The notes under the pieces are model-generated. The model was given only the letters and a program-made list of their open reading frames with translations. It had not been told where the DNA came from and ran no database searches. This document shows, piece by piece, positions 39,227 through 49,272 of a DNA stretch of 64,000 bases. How positions within the stretch are numbered: the stretch's first letter is position 1; each line of letters opens with the position of its first letter. The stretch lies in IMG/VR virus record IMGVR_UViG_3300031963_009342, positions 1 to 64,000 of that record. The stretch is one strand, 5' to 3'. This stretch comes from a virus. Both the position numbers and the translations under genes were made by a program.

Positions 39227-40429
39227 TTATAATAGTTTTTCACAATACCAACTATCCTCTATTTTAATTAAATTTTTACTATAATCAGATAGTTTATTTA
39301 TTTTTAATTTAAACATTTCATATTCAAACTCTCCAATTTGACCACTATCTTCTAACATCAATTGTAACATATTAAAGAATTCAAAACCTTGATTGGTCAA
39401 TTTAGTCGCGTCAAATTCAATTAATACGTCATTTGTTTTTTGATCGTCATATCTCTTCAATTTCTTTTTAAGATCAAATTTAGTATTTTTTTGTTCTGCT
39501 TGAATATAACGTTCATAAGGAACATCGGTATAGATTGAGTCACACCACGGTTCCAATAACATCAATTTATATTCATCACAGTTGCGAACTGTGAATCCTA
39601 CATCATATCGTTTTGGTACAATAGGCTTCATGGTATCATTATGTTTAACAAAATGACCCCATTTACGAATAAAGTTTCTAGCACTACGGTTGTTTTGAGC
39701 TAACCACTCATCGCTTTCTTTACCTACTGTAGTTAGCGTAGGATTATATCTACTACCTCTACAAGTCATGTGATAAACACATCCTTCCCAAGTTTGTACA
39801 AACTTATATCCATTCAACAGAAAACGATTAAAGATGTCACTGTCTTCTTTGCTTTGGGGTGCATATAGGTCATCATGGCCACCTATAGACTGAAAATCAG
39901 TCTTATAAATGGCCCAAGGCGCAAAAATTCCCTCTGTGGTTTTATCTTTTCTTGTTAAACGGGTATCATTGAACCATTTCAAGAATCCAGCTTCATTAAA
40001 CTCTTCTGGCTCGGTGCCAAATGCTTGTACAATTTTTTCTGGACCTGGAGGATGTAGAGGTGGTTCGATACGAGTCAAACTAACAATCGTGCCTGGCGCA
40101 ATATATTTTTCAACATATTTGTCAAAGTTAGGACAAGCATACATATCAGCGTGATATATCATTACTACATCGTTAGTAGCTACTTCATTGATGAGACGAT
40201 CATATAGGATTGTGTGACCCAATCTGGTTGGTCCATCATTACGAATGAATTTGAAGTGCGGATCTTTTTCTGCGGTTTCTTTACACCATTCTAGTGTGCC
40301 GTCATTACTAAAGTCGTCTGCAACACAGATTTCATGTTCTTTGTGACTTAAATTTTTACGAATAGCTTCGTAACTCCATTTAAGATATTTTAGGTTGTTT
40401 CTGCTTGGTTGAATAAAACTAATTTTCAT
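39227..40429 (-). CDS. Glycosyltransferase family 2
   Basis: ISFIQPSRN, ADDFSNDGT, HAD, GGHD..EDSD and YH. Confidence 0.9.
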   Translation of the reverse strand: MKISFIQPSRNNLKYLKWSYEAIRKNLSHKEHEICVADDFSNDGTLEWCKETAEKDPHFKFIRNDGPTRLGHTILYDRLINEVATNDVVMIYHADMYACPNFDKYVEKYIAPGTIVSLTRIEPPLHPPGPEKIVQAFGTEPEEFNEAGFLKWFNDTRLTRKDKTTEGIFAPWAIYKTDFQSIGGHDDLYAPQSKEDSDIFNRFLLNGYKFVQTWEGCVYHMTCRGSRYNPTLTTVGKESDEWLAQNNRSARNFIRKWGHFVKHNDTMKPIVPKRYDVGFTVRNCDEYKLMLLEPWCDSIYTDVPYERYIQAEQKNTKFDLKKKLKRYDDQKTNDVLIEFDATKLTNQGFEFFNMLQLMLEDSGQIGEFEYEMFKLKINKLSDYSKNLIKIEDSWYCEKLL

Positions 40430-40431
40430 AT

Positions 40432-41376
40432 TTAAAACTGTATTTTAATTTGTTCCATCAATTTACTATAATCATGTATACCTGTTTTTACAACACTATT
40501 GTCAATTACAGGAATAACATTAGCATTTGATAGCTTACGGAAATAACTATTAGGCCCAAAGTAATTAGGGCGTAATTCTTTTCCTTTATGAATATAACTA
40601 ATAACGGTGCCTCCGAAAAGTGACGATAATATTGAATTTCCACCACAAACTGTAACAAATTTATCACAATTAGCCATTATTTTTAATTGCGTTTCATTAT
40701 AACTGTACTTTGATTCTTTGACTAAATCATCGATCAGTATTACGTTATCAAAATATCTACATAAATCGAAGTCAGTTATAGTTCCAATATCTTCCACATT
40801 TGCTGTAATATCATGGTACCCTTGTTTTAATGAATTATATTCGTTTTGGTCTATTGTGAATTCTTTTTCTTTATTGGTAGCTCTTTTATAGATTACAATA
40901 TATCCCTTTTCTTTGAAATAATCAAACATTTTATAGAGACATGGTATATTAAAATAACCTAAAGGAATCTCACCGTGTTCCATATTATATTTGTTTGTTA
41001 TAAACACTATTGGTTTATCAAATTTATATTCTTCATTTTTATAGTAATCTTTAAATGGAGGACAAATCCATTGACTATAATCTAGAACTCCATTTACCTG
41101 ATATTGTTCTTGTTCTGTTAGATGATGATACTCTTTGCCCATAACCGCTAGCGAATTGTGGTGTATCCATTTATTTGGAACTCCTACTAAAGCGGCATCA
41201 TTATCAATTGTTCTAGATAAAAATTCTTCTTTAACATTATCGCAGAAGAAATAATATGGACGCATTCCTTTACTAGTAACAACACCTTCTAATTGTTTAT
41301 TTTGATGTAACCAATAAGCAAATGGTACTGCTAGTGCTAGTTCAATGCCAAATTCAGGATTTACTTTTAGTATCAT
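40432..41376 (-). CDS. Putative GT-B-fold glycosyltransferase
   Basis: EFGIEL..VP and CDKFVTVCGGNSILSSLFG are GT9-like elements; glycan-locus context. Confidence 0.45.
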   Translation of the reverse strand: MILKVNPEFGIELALAVPFAYWLHQNKQLEGVVTSKGMRPYYFFCDNVKEEFLSRTIDNDAALVGVPNKWIHHNSLAVMGKEYHHLTEQEQYQVNGVLDYSQWICPPFKDYYKNEEYKFDKPIVFITNKYNMEHGEIPLGYFNIPCLYKMFDYFKEKGYIVIYKRATNKEKEFTIDQNEYNSLKQGYHDITANVEDIGTITDFDLCRYFDNVILIDDLVKESKYSYNETQLKIMANCDKFVTVCGGNSILSSLFGGTVISYIHKGKELRPNYFGPNSYFRKLSNANVIPVIDNSVVKTGIHDYSKLMEQIKIQF

Positions 41377-41378
41377 AT

Positions 41379-42455
41379 TTACTCACATTTATCATCTAAA
41401 CAAACGTCTTCTTTTAGTACAGCGGCTGAAGCTAATCTTTTAGAATGTTTTTCAATTACATATTCTGACAGTGGTTCTTCTGATTTTTCCAAACCCAATG
41501 CTTTGCGATAACTAATTGATATTGGTCGTCCGTGATCTTTTTCAGCCATTTTATTCTTAGCTGATACTTGGCACATCTTACACATTTCCCACATATCAGA
41601 CTTTTTATTTATCTGCGCATTTCCTTTTTCATCAACGCCGGACCAATCGGTGAATGAATCGGGTAAAGTTTTTCTATTGTATCCATTTAATTTAAACAAT
41701 CTCGCAATAGCTGACCCATTTGAACAAGGCCAATATCCATCAAATGAATAATTTACTCCACATCTATTTGGAATATTACACTGTGGTATCATTTCTTGAC
41801 CGGAGTCATAGGGAGCTACTAAACTACAACGGTGAATCTCACCTTTTTCGTCTAGTGGTGTGAAATTTGTAACGGGTATACCTCTGAAAAAATTTACTCT
41901 TGATAAAATTTCTTTTAATGAAATCTGATTAGGCATTTCAAATACAATTTTATCTAAATTATTTATGATTTGATCTTTGGTTACATTGTTTTGATTTATA
42001 TATTCATTTATTGATCTGAATATCGGATTGATGTGGTCAATATATGCCAATTTTATTTTGTTAATTTTTTCAAATGGAAAATATTTAATAACACGATCTG
42101 GTGTATCTAAAGTACCAGCTTTTAACATCTTTGGATGTAAATTTGAAATAATTACGATGTTTGGTACTGGATCTCCCCATAGATTATCACGTAATCTATC
42201 TACTATATCTGCTATATTTGGGTGAGTCAAAGGTTCTCCACCAATAATGTGTATACGTTCAATTTTACCTTGTTTCTTACAGTCACTTATTAATTTATCA
42301 ACGTGATCCATTGTCACATTTGTATTTTCATAGTAATTCAATCCAGCCGCATTATCTTTATCAAATGGATCGATTAATGCATTAAAATTGCTATGTCTGT
42401 TGCAGCTTGGACAACTAAAATTACATTGTAATGTAACATCAAATTCTATATTCAT
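41379..42455 (-). CDS. Radical SAM enzyme with C-terminal Cys-rich (twitch/SPASM-like) region
   Basis: CNFSCPSC, GGEP and ISN; further Cys residues including WPC and CKMC. Confidence 0.9.
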   Translation of the reverse strand: MNIEFDVTLQCNFSCPSCNRHSNFNALIDPFDKDNAAGLNYYENTNVTMDHVDKLISDCKKQGKIERIHIIGGEPLTHPNIADIVDRLRDNLWGDPVPNIVIISNLHPKMLKAGTLDTPDRVIKYFPFEKINKIKLAYIDHINPIFRSINEYINQNNVTKDQIINNLDKIVFEMPNQISLKEILSRVNFFRGIPVTNFTPLDEKGEIHRCSLVAPYDSGQEMIPQCNIPNRCGVNYSFDGYWPCSNGSAIARLFKLNGYNRKTLPDSFTDWSGVDEKGNAQINKKSDMWEMCKMCQVSAKNKMAEKDHGRPISISYRKALGLEKSEEPLSEYVIEKHSKRLASAAVLKEDVCLDDKCE

Positions 42456-43111
42456 ACAGTTTTATTTATCATCTTCAGTACTTTAAAAGCCTCCGCATAT
42501 TTGCATTGAGCTTGTATTCCTCTAAATTTAGCTAGAACTTCTAAATTAGATTTTACATTAAGTCCAACTTTTTCATATTTTGAAATTTGACTTTTGTGAC
42601 ACATAGATGCTTCAATTTTTTTATCAAATGAATTGTCTATATTTTCATAATAATTAATATCCATTTGATTTTCTGTCATTCTCGATATCGGTATTTGTTC
42701 ATAACAAAATACATTTGGAACATAACGAGCCGCAGCCATCGTAGTTTTAAAAGTTGAAATGTGATCTTGATTCGCGTCACCGGCCCAGTGAGTATAGATC
42801 GTATCAACTTTGTGTTTTTTGATCAGACTTTCAAGTTTACTTACAGAGTCAAAACTAAATGGTACGTGTAAATCTTTAAATGGTAAAAATTCTACTTGAT
42901 CGCACATTAATACATTTGACGCATTAATAGTTTCTAGTTTGTTTTCATCTGCGCTTCTTAATAAAGTTCCATTTGTACCATCTACTGATTCGGTATTAGT
43001 CATACATACATAAACCACAAAATCTCCTTTTAATTTGTGATTATAAAGTGTTCCACCGCAACCGAATTCGATGTCATCCGGATGTGCTCCTATTGCCATT
43101 ACACGTTTCAT
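42452..43111 (-). CDS. PIG-L/LmbE family N-deacetylase
   Basis: AHPDDIEFGCGG, QDH, HKSQ and YAEAF. Confidence 0.92.
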   Translation of the reverse strand: MKRVMAIGAHPDDIEFGCGGTLYNHKLKGDFVVYVCMTNTESVDGTNGTLLRSADENKLETINASNVLMCDQVEFLPFKDLHVPFSFDSVSKLESLIKKHKVDTIYTHWAGDANQDHISTFKTTMAAARYVPNVFCYEQIPISRMTENQMDINYYENIDNSFDKKIEASMCHKSQISKYEKVGLNVKSNLEVLAKFRGIQAQCKYAEAFKVLKMINKTV

Positions 43112-43112
43112 A

Positions 43113-43802
43113 TTAATTTAAAATTATATTTTTGCTATTTTCTCCTTCATTAAACAATAGATCTATTATACACATATATGGTTTGAAGTCACCATATAAT
43201 TGTGTATATGTTGGATGATTATAATGTTGCCAGATCAATTCTATATTATTGTCTTTAAATTCTTGTTCATTAATATACCTCATAGATCCTGGTCCTGTAC
43301 CTGAAATGTATTTGGTAGCATTCAATTTTTTTAATAGATACATTATACGATCTCCGCCAACAACATCAATAGGACATAATTCAGAACAAAACACCACTTC
43401 TGTTTTAATATCCATAACATTTAAAAAGTATTTAATCAAAGTGTTGTTTAGATCCGATAATGTTTTGTGATTGGTTTTTAAAATAGATTCTATATCTGAA
43501 TAATATTTGTTTATATATTTAGATTTTCTATAAAAGTTTTTTATTAGATTTAAATGATTTTCATTCCAACCATTATAATTAACTTCTATTTCATTGAAAT
43601 TTTTAAATTCACTTTTTCCATTTAATGGCACAGTTAACCATTTAGGATCTCCTTCAGTTTTGATCAAATTTCTGTGACCAAAATGTTGTTTTCCTCTTGG
43701 AAATTGAACATTGTCAAAAATAACAAAAATATCACTTTTTGCGATTTTATCAAAAAATCCAAGCCAAGGTAGATAATTGGGTTGATGTATACTTACTATC
43801 AT
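43113..43802 (-). CDS. wbqC: WbqC family protein (putative glycyl/acyl transferase)
   Basis: IHQPNYLPWLGFF, DNVQF, RNLIK, WLTVP and YTQ..IIDLLFN. Confidence 0.92.
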   Translation of the reverse strand: MIVSIHQPNYLPWLGFFDKIAKSDIFVIFDNVQFPRGKQHFGHRNLIKTEGDPKWLTVPLNGKSEFKNFNEIEVNYNGWNENHLNLIKNFYRKSKYINKYYSDIESILKTNHKTLSDLNNTLIKYFLNVMDIKTEVVFCSELCPIDVVGGDRIMYLLKKLNATKYISGTGPGSMRYINEQEFKDNNIELIWQHYNHPTYTQLYGDFKPYMCIIDLLFNEGENSKNIILN

Positions 43803-44941
43803 ACGATTTTATTAATTACATCCGCGACATAATCTACTTGTTCCATCGTCATTTCAACATACATAGGAATAGATAAGTGTCTAGTTAATAATCCATCGGC
43901 GGATTTATATGTTTGATTTTTTGTATATGGTTCAAATACTTTTTGTTGATGACAAGCGGGCCAATAAGCATTTGCGGTGGGTATATTATATTCTAAATAC
44001 AATTTTTTACAAAGTTCCGATCTTTCATTTAAAGTAGTAGATTTTGGTAATTCTATAATGTAATGCCACCATGTATTTACTATGTTACTTGGTACTTCAA
44101 CGAATTTTATTTTAGGGTTAACGATTTTTTCTCTATATCTTTTTGCTATTATATTTCTCTTTTCGACAAATTGATTGGCTCTTTTTAATTGACTGATGCC
44201 TAAAGCTGCAACCATTTCGGTCATTTTATAATTTGACGAGATAAATTCACAACTTACTCCAAAATCTACACCATTTACTGGAGTTGGATTTCTAACAGCC
44301 CCGTGATTTCTAAGTGTTTTGCAAGTTTCTGCGAATTTTTCATCATTGGTGGTGATTATTCCACCTTCACCTGTTGTTATAATCTTAGTAGCAAATAATG
44401 AGAAACAACCGGCATATCCTAAATTTCCTGAATGAATATTATCAATAGTAGAACCAACGGCGTGAGAAGCATCTTCAAACAATAAAAGGCCGCGTTCGTC
44501 ACACAATTTCTTGATGTTATAATAATCAGGTGTGATTAGTCCGGCCATATGAACCAACATTACACCAGCGACATCCGAATCTATAGCTTTTTCTATTATT
44601 TCCGCATTCAAACAATGTGTATTTTCATCAATATCGACGATTAATGGAATATTGTTGGATCTTACTATAGCACTTACACTAGCTATAAAAGTTTGAGTGG
44701 GTACTATGATTTTTTTTCCAACTAAACCAGATGCTCTTAACGCAACTTCTAAACAAGTCCCGCCGGAACAAGTAGCTATAGCGTATTTAGTACCACAATA
44801 CTTTGCAAATAAATTTTCAAACTCGGATACATACTTTGATTGTACCAGTGCTTCTGTATTCAGAATGTCTGATATTCTTTCTAATATTTCCTTATGATCT
44901 TCTTTTGGAATATAAGGTTTTGTTCTTGATAATTTATTCAT
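43799..44941 (-). CDS. DegT/DnrJ/EryC1/StrS sugar aminotransferase
   Basis: FE..FA.Y.G, EDASHA, FSLFATKIITTGEGG and NYKM. Confidence 0.95.
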   Translation of the reverse strand: MNKLSRTKPYIPKEDHKEILERISDILNTEALVQSKYVSEFENLFAKYCGTKYAIATCSGGTCLEVALRASGLVGKKIIVPTQTFIASVSAIVRSNNIPLIVDIDENTHCLNAEIIEKAIDSDVAGVMLVHMAGLITPDYYNIKKLCDERGLLLFEDASHAVGSTIDNIHSGNLGYAGCFSLFATKIITTGEGGIITTNDEKFAETCKTLRNHGAVRNPTPVNGVDFGVSCEFISSNYKMTEMVAALGISQLKRANQFVEKRNIIAKRYREKIVNPKIKFVEVPSNIVNTWWHYIIELPKSTTLNERSELCKKLYLEYNIPTANAYWPACHQQKVFEPYTKNQTYKSADGLLTRHLSIPMYVEMTMEQVDYVADVINKIV

Positions 44942-45753
44942 AACGTATTTTTAATATAGTCAAAAAATTCTGGTAGATTTTCTTTTGTACTTGTAAATTT
45001 TCTACCTAACTTTAACGGTGATAATAACAAATGTTCATCTATAAATGGAGACATAGTTCCGTTTTCAACGATATTTGCTTTTTTATTTAAAAACTGGCTT
45101 ATTTCTTCAATAAGTGTTTTTGAACTATAAACATCTTGATTAACAACGTTGTAACTATCTTTTGTATTAAATTTATTTGTGGTAGACATTTCTACTAGTA
45201 AATCAACTATATCATTGACCCAAATAAAACTCAATAGTTTATTACCAGCTCCAGAAACTTCTACTGGTTTGTTATTTACTATATTTCTTATATAATAACT
45301 CATTCTGGGTCTGGGACAATCTTGACCGACAATGTATGGTGGTCTTATTACCACGTAGTTTGTATCAATACTTTTGATTATGTTTTCACATTCTGCTTTT
45401 TCTACACCATAGTCCCCAAATGCCTTTAATCCTCCAATTGTCATATCTTCATTGTATGATAAACAATTAGAATCCTTATAAGCAGCTGCACTACTTATAA
45501 AGATATATTTTTGATCGGGTTTTAACCAACTTTTAAGATGTAAAGCTTGAGATGGTTTGAATAAACAAAAATCTAAAGTTACATTATAATCATTTTCAAT
45601 TGTCAGTGGATTGTTTCGGTCAAACTTAATTATTTTTACTTTATCTGGACCAGTGCCAGATCTATTGAGAACGGATACACTGGCTAATTTAGTTAACTCA
45701 TATGCTACTTTTTTTCCAACGAATCTGTTACCACCTATAACCAATATTTTCAT
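44938..45753 (-). CDS. NAD-dependent epimerase/dehydratase (SDR)
   Basis: GGNRFVG, YIFISS and YGVEK. Confidence 0.88.
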   Translation of the reverse strand: MKILVIGGNRFVGKKVAYELTKLASVSVLNRSGTGPDKVKIIKFDRNNPLTIENDYNVTLDFCLFKPSQALHLKSWLKPDQKYIFISSAAAYKDSNCLSYNEDMTIGGLKAFGDYGVEKAECENIIKSIDTNYVVIRPPYIVGQDCPRPRMSYYIRNIVNNKPVEVSGAGNKLLSFIWVNDIVDLLVEMSTTNKFNTKDSYNVVNQDVYSSKTLIEEISQFLNKKANIVENGTMSPFIDEHLLLSPLKLGRKFTSTKENLPEFFDYIKNTL

Positions 45754-46616
45754 TAGATTAATTCTTTGATTTCTTCGATTGTATATTGATCTACCTCATT
45801 GCTATAAGGACCATTTTCCAGAATCTTTTCGTGTTTATTTTCTCCTGGTTGCAGTCCAATTATTTTGATATTTGGTCTTGTGTCATTCGGAGAATACTTT
45901 TGAATAAGCGCTTCTAGTAGATTTCCAATACTCATGCCTTTCATAGTAGGAACGTATGGAGTGCTATCATTACAATTTTCAAGACAATTATAGATCAAAT
46001 CAATAGCTTGATCCACCGTCCAGAAGAAACGTGTAGCTTCTGGTTCTGTAACAATTAGATCCTTTCCGTCTTTAATTAGGTCTCGCCATTTACACAACAC
46101 CGATCCAGTGGAATACAAAACGTTTCCATATCTAACAATTCGATAATCCGTAGTTGGATTTAATTGTTCAAATTGTTTAAACAATCGTTCCATTAACAAT
46201 TTAGACGCGCCATATACTCCGGACACTTGAGCTGCCTTATCTGTACTAATTCCTATAACAAATTCTAGTTTATGATTCAACGATTCTTCTAAAATATAAA
46301 GAGAGCCAAGTGTGTTTGATTTTATACATTCACGTACTTGTTTCTCTGCAATTCCAATATGTTTTGATGCGGCTAGATGAAATACACCATTAACACCGTT
46401 CATTGCTTGTTTTACTTCAAATGGATCTGAAATATCACCTGTCAAAATTTCTATTGATGGGAATGACTGTTTGAGATCAATTAATTTTCCTTCGTCTCTA
46501 GATAAAACACGCACTTTTGCTCCATCTTTTAGAAGTCTTTGTACGAGTGGTTTTCCTAAAAATCCACTGCCACCTGTGATTAAAAACAACTTATTTTTAA
46601 AAATATATTTTTTCAT
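45753..46616 (-). CDS. UDP-GlcNAc 4,6-dehydratase (PseB/CapD-like)
   Basis: TGGSGFLG, SRDE, FHLAASKH, STDKA, YGASK, RYGNV, TRFF and PGENKHE. Confidence 0.9.
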   Translation of the reverse strand: MKKYIFKNKLFLITGGSGFLGKPLVQRLLKDGAKVRVLSRDEGKLIDLKQSFPSIEILTGDISDPFEVKQAMNGVNGVFHLAASKHIGIAEKQVRECIKSNTLGSLYILEESLNHKLEFVIGISTDKAAQVSGVYGASKLLMERLFKQFEQLNPTTDYRIVRYGNVLYSTGSVLCKWRDLIKDGKDLIVTEPEATRFFWTVDQAIDLIYNCLENCNDSTPYVPTMKGMSIGNLLEALIQKYSPNDTRPNIKIIGLQPGENKHEKILENGPYSNEVDQYTIEEIKELI

Positions 46617-47170
46617 AATTTAGCTACTAAAATTTCTCCTTTTGTCGGTAGATTCTCTTCGTTTATATTTTGATTCAGACTATATATTCTTTTTTGAGTG
46701 AAAATTTTGAAGTCTGGATTTATTTCTTTCAATATATTAGATATATCTTCTTTAGAAAGATTTTTAGCCCATCTTTCAAACGAATGATAATCATCTATCA
46801 ATATAATAATATTTTTATTTCGACAATACTTTTTGATTATTTTCAATTCTTCTAATAAAGGCGCATCTATATTTTGATCGGAAGCTCCGTGTGCATCTAA
46901 CCAAAAAGTTATATCTTGATATATTTTTTCATTTTCGAAAAAACTATTCAAAAAATCAACAGAATTCTGTTTAAAAATCTTAACCTTGTGATTATTGTAT
47001 ATATTTTTGGCATTTGAGACATACGATTCGTCGATATCACAACTGTATATTTTTTCAAAGCCACAGTCCAATGCTACTTTAATTCCGTATCCCAACCATA
47101 AACCTGTTTCTACAAATATATTTTTTTTGTATTGATTTAAAACAATTGGGTATAATGTATTGTATATCAT
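46613..47170 (-). CDS. Putative class I SAM methyltransferase
   Basis: FVETG...G, YSCD, FWLDAH and ILIDD. Confidence 0.65.
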   Translation of the reverse strand: MIYNTLYPIVLNQYKKNIFVETGLWLGYGIKVALDCGFEKIYSCDIDESYVSNAKNIYNNHKVKIFKQNSVDFLNSFFENEKIYQDITFWLDAHGASDQNIDAPLLEELKIIKKYCRNKNIIILIDDYHSFERWAKNLSKEDISNILKEINPDFKIFTQKRIYSLNQNINEENLPTKGEILVAKL

Positions 47171-47211
47171 ATCTAATTATACATACGATTCAATTCGTCT
47201 TAACTTTTTTT

Positions 47212-47766
47212 TTATTTGATAGATTTTATTACTCCGGTTTTTTCGTCATTTTCTAAAATGAAAGCCGGTCTTTTTACCTTATTAGAAACTTTTTTTATTA
47301 ACTCCATCTCAGCTTGGCGATTCAGATCGTGAAACATCATATGTACATCCGTATTGAATAAATTTAAGTATGTGTAAAATCCTCCTCGCCCGTAATTACC
47401 ATTTGGTCCGTCAATAATAATTAAATCATAATTTGGTATATTTTTTAATACAACTGATAATTTATCTGGATCATACCAAGCAACTTGTTTTTCTGAAAAC
47501 GGAAGACAACTTATACCGTCTGGCGATTTAAAATCTATATCATTATATTCTTTTAATGGTACGTGATAAGCGTTTGGATGATTTAACCACTGTATATTAT
47601 GTTCGATTGAGTAAACATTATACCAATTTAATAACAGTTTAGATGTAACTCCACATCCAAATTCTAGAATAGAAGACTTTTCGGGCAGTAAATATCTTAT
47701 TAAATCTACCGCTTGTTCTCCTATTGACCCTTTTATTAACGTTGGATATTTCTGACTAATTTGCAT
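47212..47766 (-). CDS. Putative class I SAM methyltransferase
   Basis: ILEFGCG, SIEH, YDLIIIDGP and FHD..R. Confidence 0.75.
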   Translation of the reverse strand: MQISQKYPTLIKGSIGEQAVDLIRYLLPEKSSILEFGCGVTSKLLLNWYNVYSIEHNIQWLNHPNAYHVPLKEYNDIDFKSPDGISCLPFSEKQVAWYDPDKLSVVLKNIPNYDLIIIDGPNGNYGRGGFYTYLNLFNTDVHMMFHDLNRQAEMELIKKVSNKVKRPAFILENDEKTGVIKSIK

Positions 47767-47778
47767 ATTACTAAATTG

Positions 47779-48528
47779 TTAGTTATATAATTTATTATAA
47801 GTTTTTTCCATCCAGTGATATGTCAGTTTATTTTCGATATTATTTGGTATAGCGTTAAATTGATATATTCCTTCTATTGATGTAAACAAGAGATCGTCTG
47901 CTAGTAAATTTTTACTATGTAAATCTGCCATACAATATCTATATGGTAAAATATTTACTGGTATATTAAACACGTTGTGAACAAAATGATTGATTAACGG
48001 TTGATCTGTTCCTGTTTTATATTTTTCTTGTACAAATCTTATTTTTTCTTGATTTTCTAAATAAAAATTTGTGAACGATTTTAGTAACTCCCTATGATTC
48101 TTATTTAAGACTATAAATCCAGCATTGAAATATTTCCAAAGATCAAATTTTTGGCCAAATATTTCATGTGCATAATTTTCCATACTTCTAATAGTCCAAT
48201 CATAACTACCATCTGTATGTGTTACCGTTAATTCACGGTTGGTTAATTTAAAGAAATCTGGACAATTTGGGTGAATTACCGCGTCTGCATCGGTTAGAAG
48301 AATTTGATCATATTCGATGCCCGAATTTTCTAATAGATCAAAACAAAAATATCTATAGAAATTTGGCTTCATCACATCGTTTGGGTACAGTTCTTGGTCC
48401 AAAACAACTAGTTTATAATCTCTAGCCTCACACCATCTTTTAAAACTTTCTATGCCAAATTTATAAGGCGCGGATCTTGATTCTTTTCCAGGCACCTTCA
48501 CGGCAGTCATAAATACTATATTTTTCAT
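47779..48528 (-). CDS. GT-A glycosyltransferase (GT8/GT34-like)
   Basis: DAD, YFNAGF and DQPLIN. Confidence 0.8.
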   Translation of the reverse strand: MKNIVFMTAVKVPGKESRSAPYKFGIESFKRWCEARDYKLVVLDQELYPNDVMKPNFYRYFCFDLLENSGIEYDQILLTDADAVIHPNCPDFFKLTNRELTVTHTDGSYDWTIRSMENYAHEIFGQKFDLWKYFNAGFIVLNKNHRELLKSFTNFYLENQEKIRFVQEKYKTGTDQPLINHFVHNVFNIPVNILPYRYCMADLHSKNLLADDLLFTSIEGIYQFNAIPNNIENKLTYHWMEKTYNKLYN

Positions 48529-49271
48529 TTATATCTTTCTTTTATGATATTCCAAGTGTCTTTCATTATACTTTCACGATGTTCAACTGGAAAGCCAGTA
48601 AAATGCCATATGTAAGCATATTTAATAAAATACGGCGTTGGATCATTGTTTAATTGCCAATTATGTTTAAACATATCTTTTCGATGTATTGAAATTAAAT
48701 TCCAACAAGGATCTAAAATTTTTTGTTTTACACTATTCTCAGTTAGATGATAGTTAATCAACGTTTGATCTTTACCCCCTCCTTTATCCCAATTATCTAA
48801 TTCATTTTTATTTTCGAAATAAAATTTTTGTAATTTATCAAATAAGAATAAATGATCTGACGTAAAAAACATAACGCCGGAATTTATATAATTATCTATA
48901 TTTAATTTTACATTTGGGAAAAATTTGTTGTATACTAAGATACTGTTGAGTATCCATCTATAATCCGATGTATCGACAACCCCGCAAAATTCATTCTCGT
49001 ACATTTCAAATATGTTAGGTGCATCCCAACGAATCATAGTGTCAGTATCCACTATTCCTATTTTTTTATATTTTTTGCCAATTTCGACAATGTTTGTTTT
49101 GTTCCACATTGCCTTTCCAAATTTCGGATCGCCAACTTTTTCAACAATTAAATCGACATTATTTTTTGAACACCAATATTTCCAAGTATTAATACAATAG
49201 TCCGCATAACTACTACATTTCGTCTTGGATTGATTGTGATCTATCGAAACTATATAAATTAGATTGTCCAT
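48525..49271 (-). CDS. GT-A glycosyltransferase (GT8/GT34-like), paralog of 47779..48528
   Basis: DTD, YINSGV, DQTLIN and WHFTG. Confidence 0.8.
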   Translation of the reverse strand: MDNLIYIVSIDHNQSKTKCSSYADYCINTWKYWCSKNNVDLIVEKVGDPKFGKAMWNKTNIVEIGKKYKKIGIVDTDTMIRWDAPNIFEMYENEFCGVVDTSDYRWILNSILVYNKFFPNVKLNIDNYINSGVMFFTSDHLFLFDKLQKFYFENKNELDNWDKGGGKDQTLINYHLTENSVKQKILDPCWNLISIHRKDMFKHNWQLNNDPTPYFIKYAYIWHFTGFPVEHRESIMKDTWNIIKERYK

Positions 49272-49272
49272 T

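Noticed and set aside
41379-44941. Aminoglycoside-like antibiotic cluster (BtrN/BtrD/BtrR analogues)
   Set aside because: No 2-deoxy-scyllo-inosose synthase or exporter; WbqC and the PseB-like gene point to NDP-sugar glycan synthesis.
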